Positions 12,812 through 13,097 of a stretch of 13,097 nucleotides of DNA are shown here, piece by piece. Source of the stretch: Propionibacterium ruminifibrarum (GTDB taxonomy: Bacteria > Actinomycetota > Actinomycetes > Propionibacteriales > Propionibacteriaceae); NCBI RefSeq assembly GCF_900289195.1, contig NZ_OMOH01000017.1:1-13097 (forward strand), written 5' to 3'. The translations under genes and the position numbers were made by a program. How positions within the stretch are numbered: the stretch's first letter is position 1; each line of letters starts with the position of its first letter. The notes beneath the pieces are model-generated. The model was not told where the DNA came from. It ran no database searches and saw only the letters and a list, made by a program, of their open reading frames with translations.

Positions 12812-13097
12812 TCAGTCGGTGAAGTGTCGGGCGAGTCTGGTTCTCAGTATTTCTTCGTCGCCTGAGTACATGTCGTCCTCCCAGTCACTGGCCAGGTAGT
12901 TGGGTGGGGCGTCGTGGTAGGACACGAATCTCATCTCGGGGGGCTGGCGGGTCATTTTCACTGCCCCGAACAGCGCCCCGGGTCGGTCGTCCCGGTATGC
13001 CCGGGCATGCCATGTCCCGGCGGCCGCTGCGAGTTCCTCGGCATACCGGCCGGCAGGCCAGCCCGTGATCTCGCCGCCGTCGGCCAGGGCCCTGATC
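12812..13097 (-). CDS. Hypothetical protein, 3' portion only (5' end beyond the window)
   Basis: My own minus-strand translation is open from the window edge to TGA 12812-12814. It reads IRALADGGEITGWPAGRYAEELAAAAGTWHARAYRDDRPGALFGAVKMTRQPPEMRFVSYHDAPPNYLASDWEDDMYSGDEEILRTRLARHFTD*. It is not in the ORF track because there is no start in the window. I do not recognise the family. Confidence 0.5.
   Translation of the reverse strand, partial: IRALADGGEITGWPAGRYAEELAAAAGTWHARAYRDDRPGALFGAVKMTRQPPEMRFVSYHDAPPNYLASDWEDDMYSGDEEILRTRLARHFTD

Noticed and set aside
1-13097. Search for CRISPR arrays, IS elements or transposases, integrases and rRNA
   Set aside because: There are no regularly spaced repeats, no transposase- or integrase-like ORFs and no rRNA-like sequence anywhere in the window.

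Overview
This is a high-GC (about 70% by eye) Actinomycetota-type chromosomal segment. A lower-GC stretch (about 45-60% in the lines I counted) occupies 1-2492 and ends at the 3' end of a tRNA-Ala(UGC) gene (2493-2565, minus). That stretch looks like an accessory island. It carries a translationally coupled two-gene operon on the minus strand: a DUF5343-like protein followed by a TIGR02391/Hypoth_Ymh-type protein with an RNPRGH (HEPN-style Rx4H) motif. A 12-bp perfect inverted repeat brackets the operon's AT-rich promoter region, and a decayed reading frame with two in-frame stops lies upstream. This operon is my best candidate for an undescribed toxin or defence-type module. The core region encodes, on the plus strand, a DUF5318 zinc-ribbon protein, a class A penicillin-binding protein, two polytopic membrane glycosyltransferase-like proteins (GT87/DUF2029-like and PIG-V-like) and a cytoplasmic GH13 enzyme. 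On the minus strand it encodes a stand-alone CBM48-like protein and an ATGA-coupled operon: AAA ATPase with a C-terminal wHTH, then Ogt, then Tag. That operon appears to start leaderless. A partial unknown ORF runs off the right edge. I saw no CRISPR array, rRNA, transposase or integrase. All family calls come from motif recognition and memory, not database searches.
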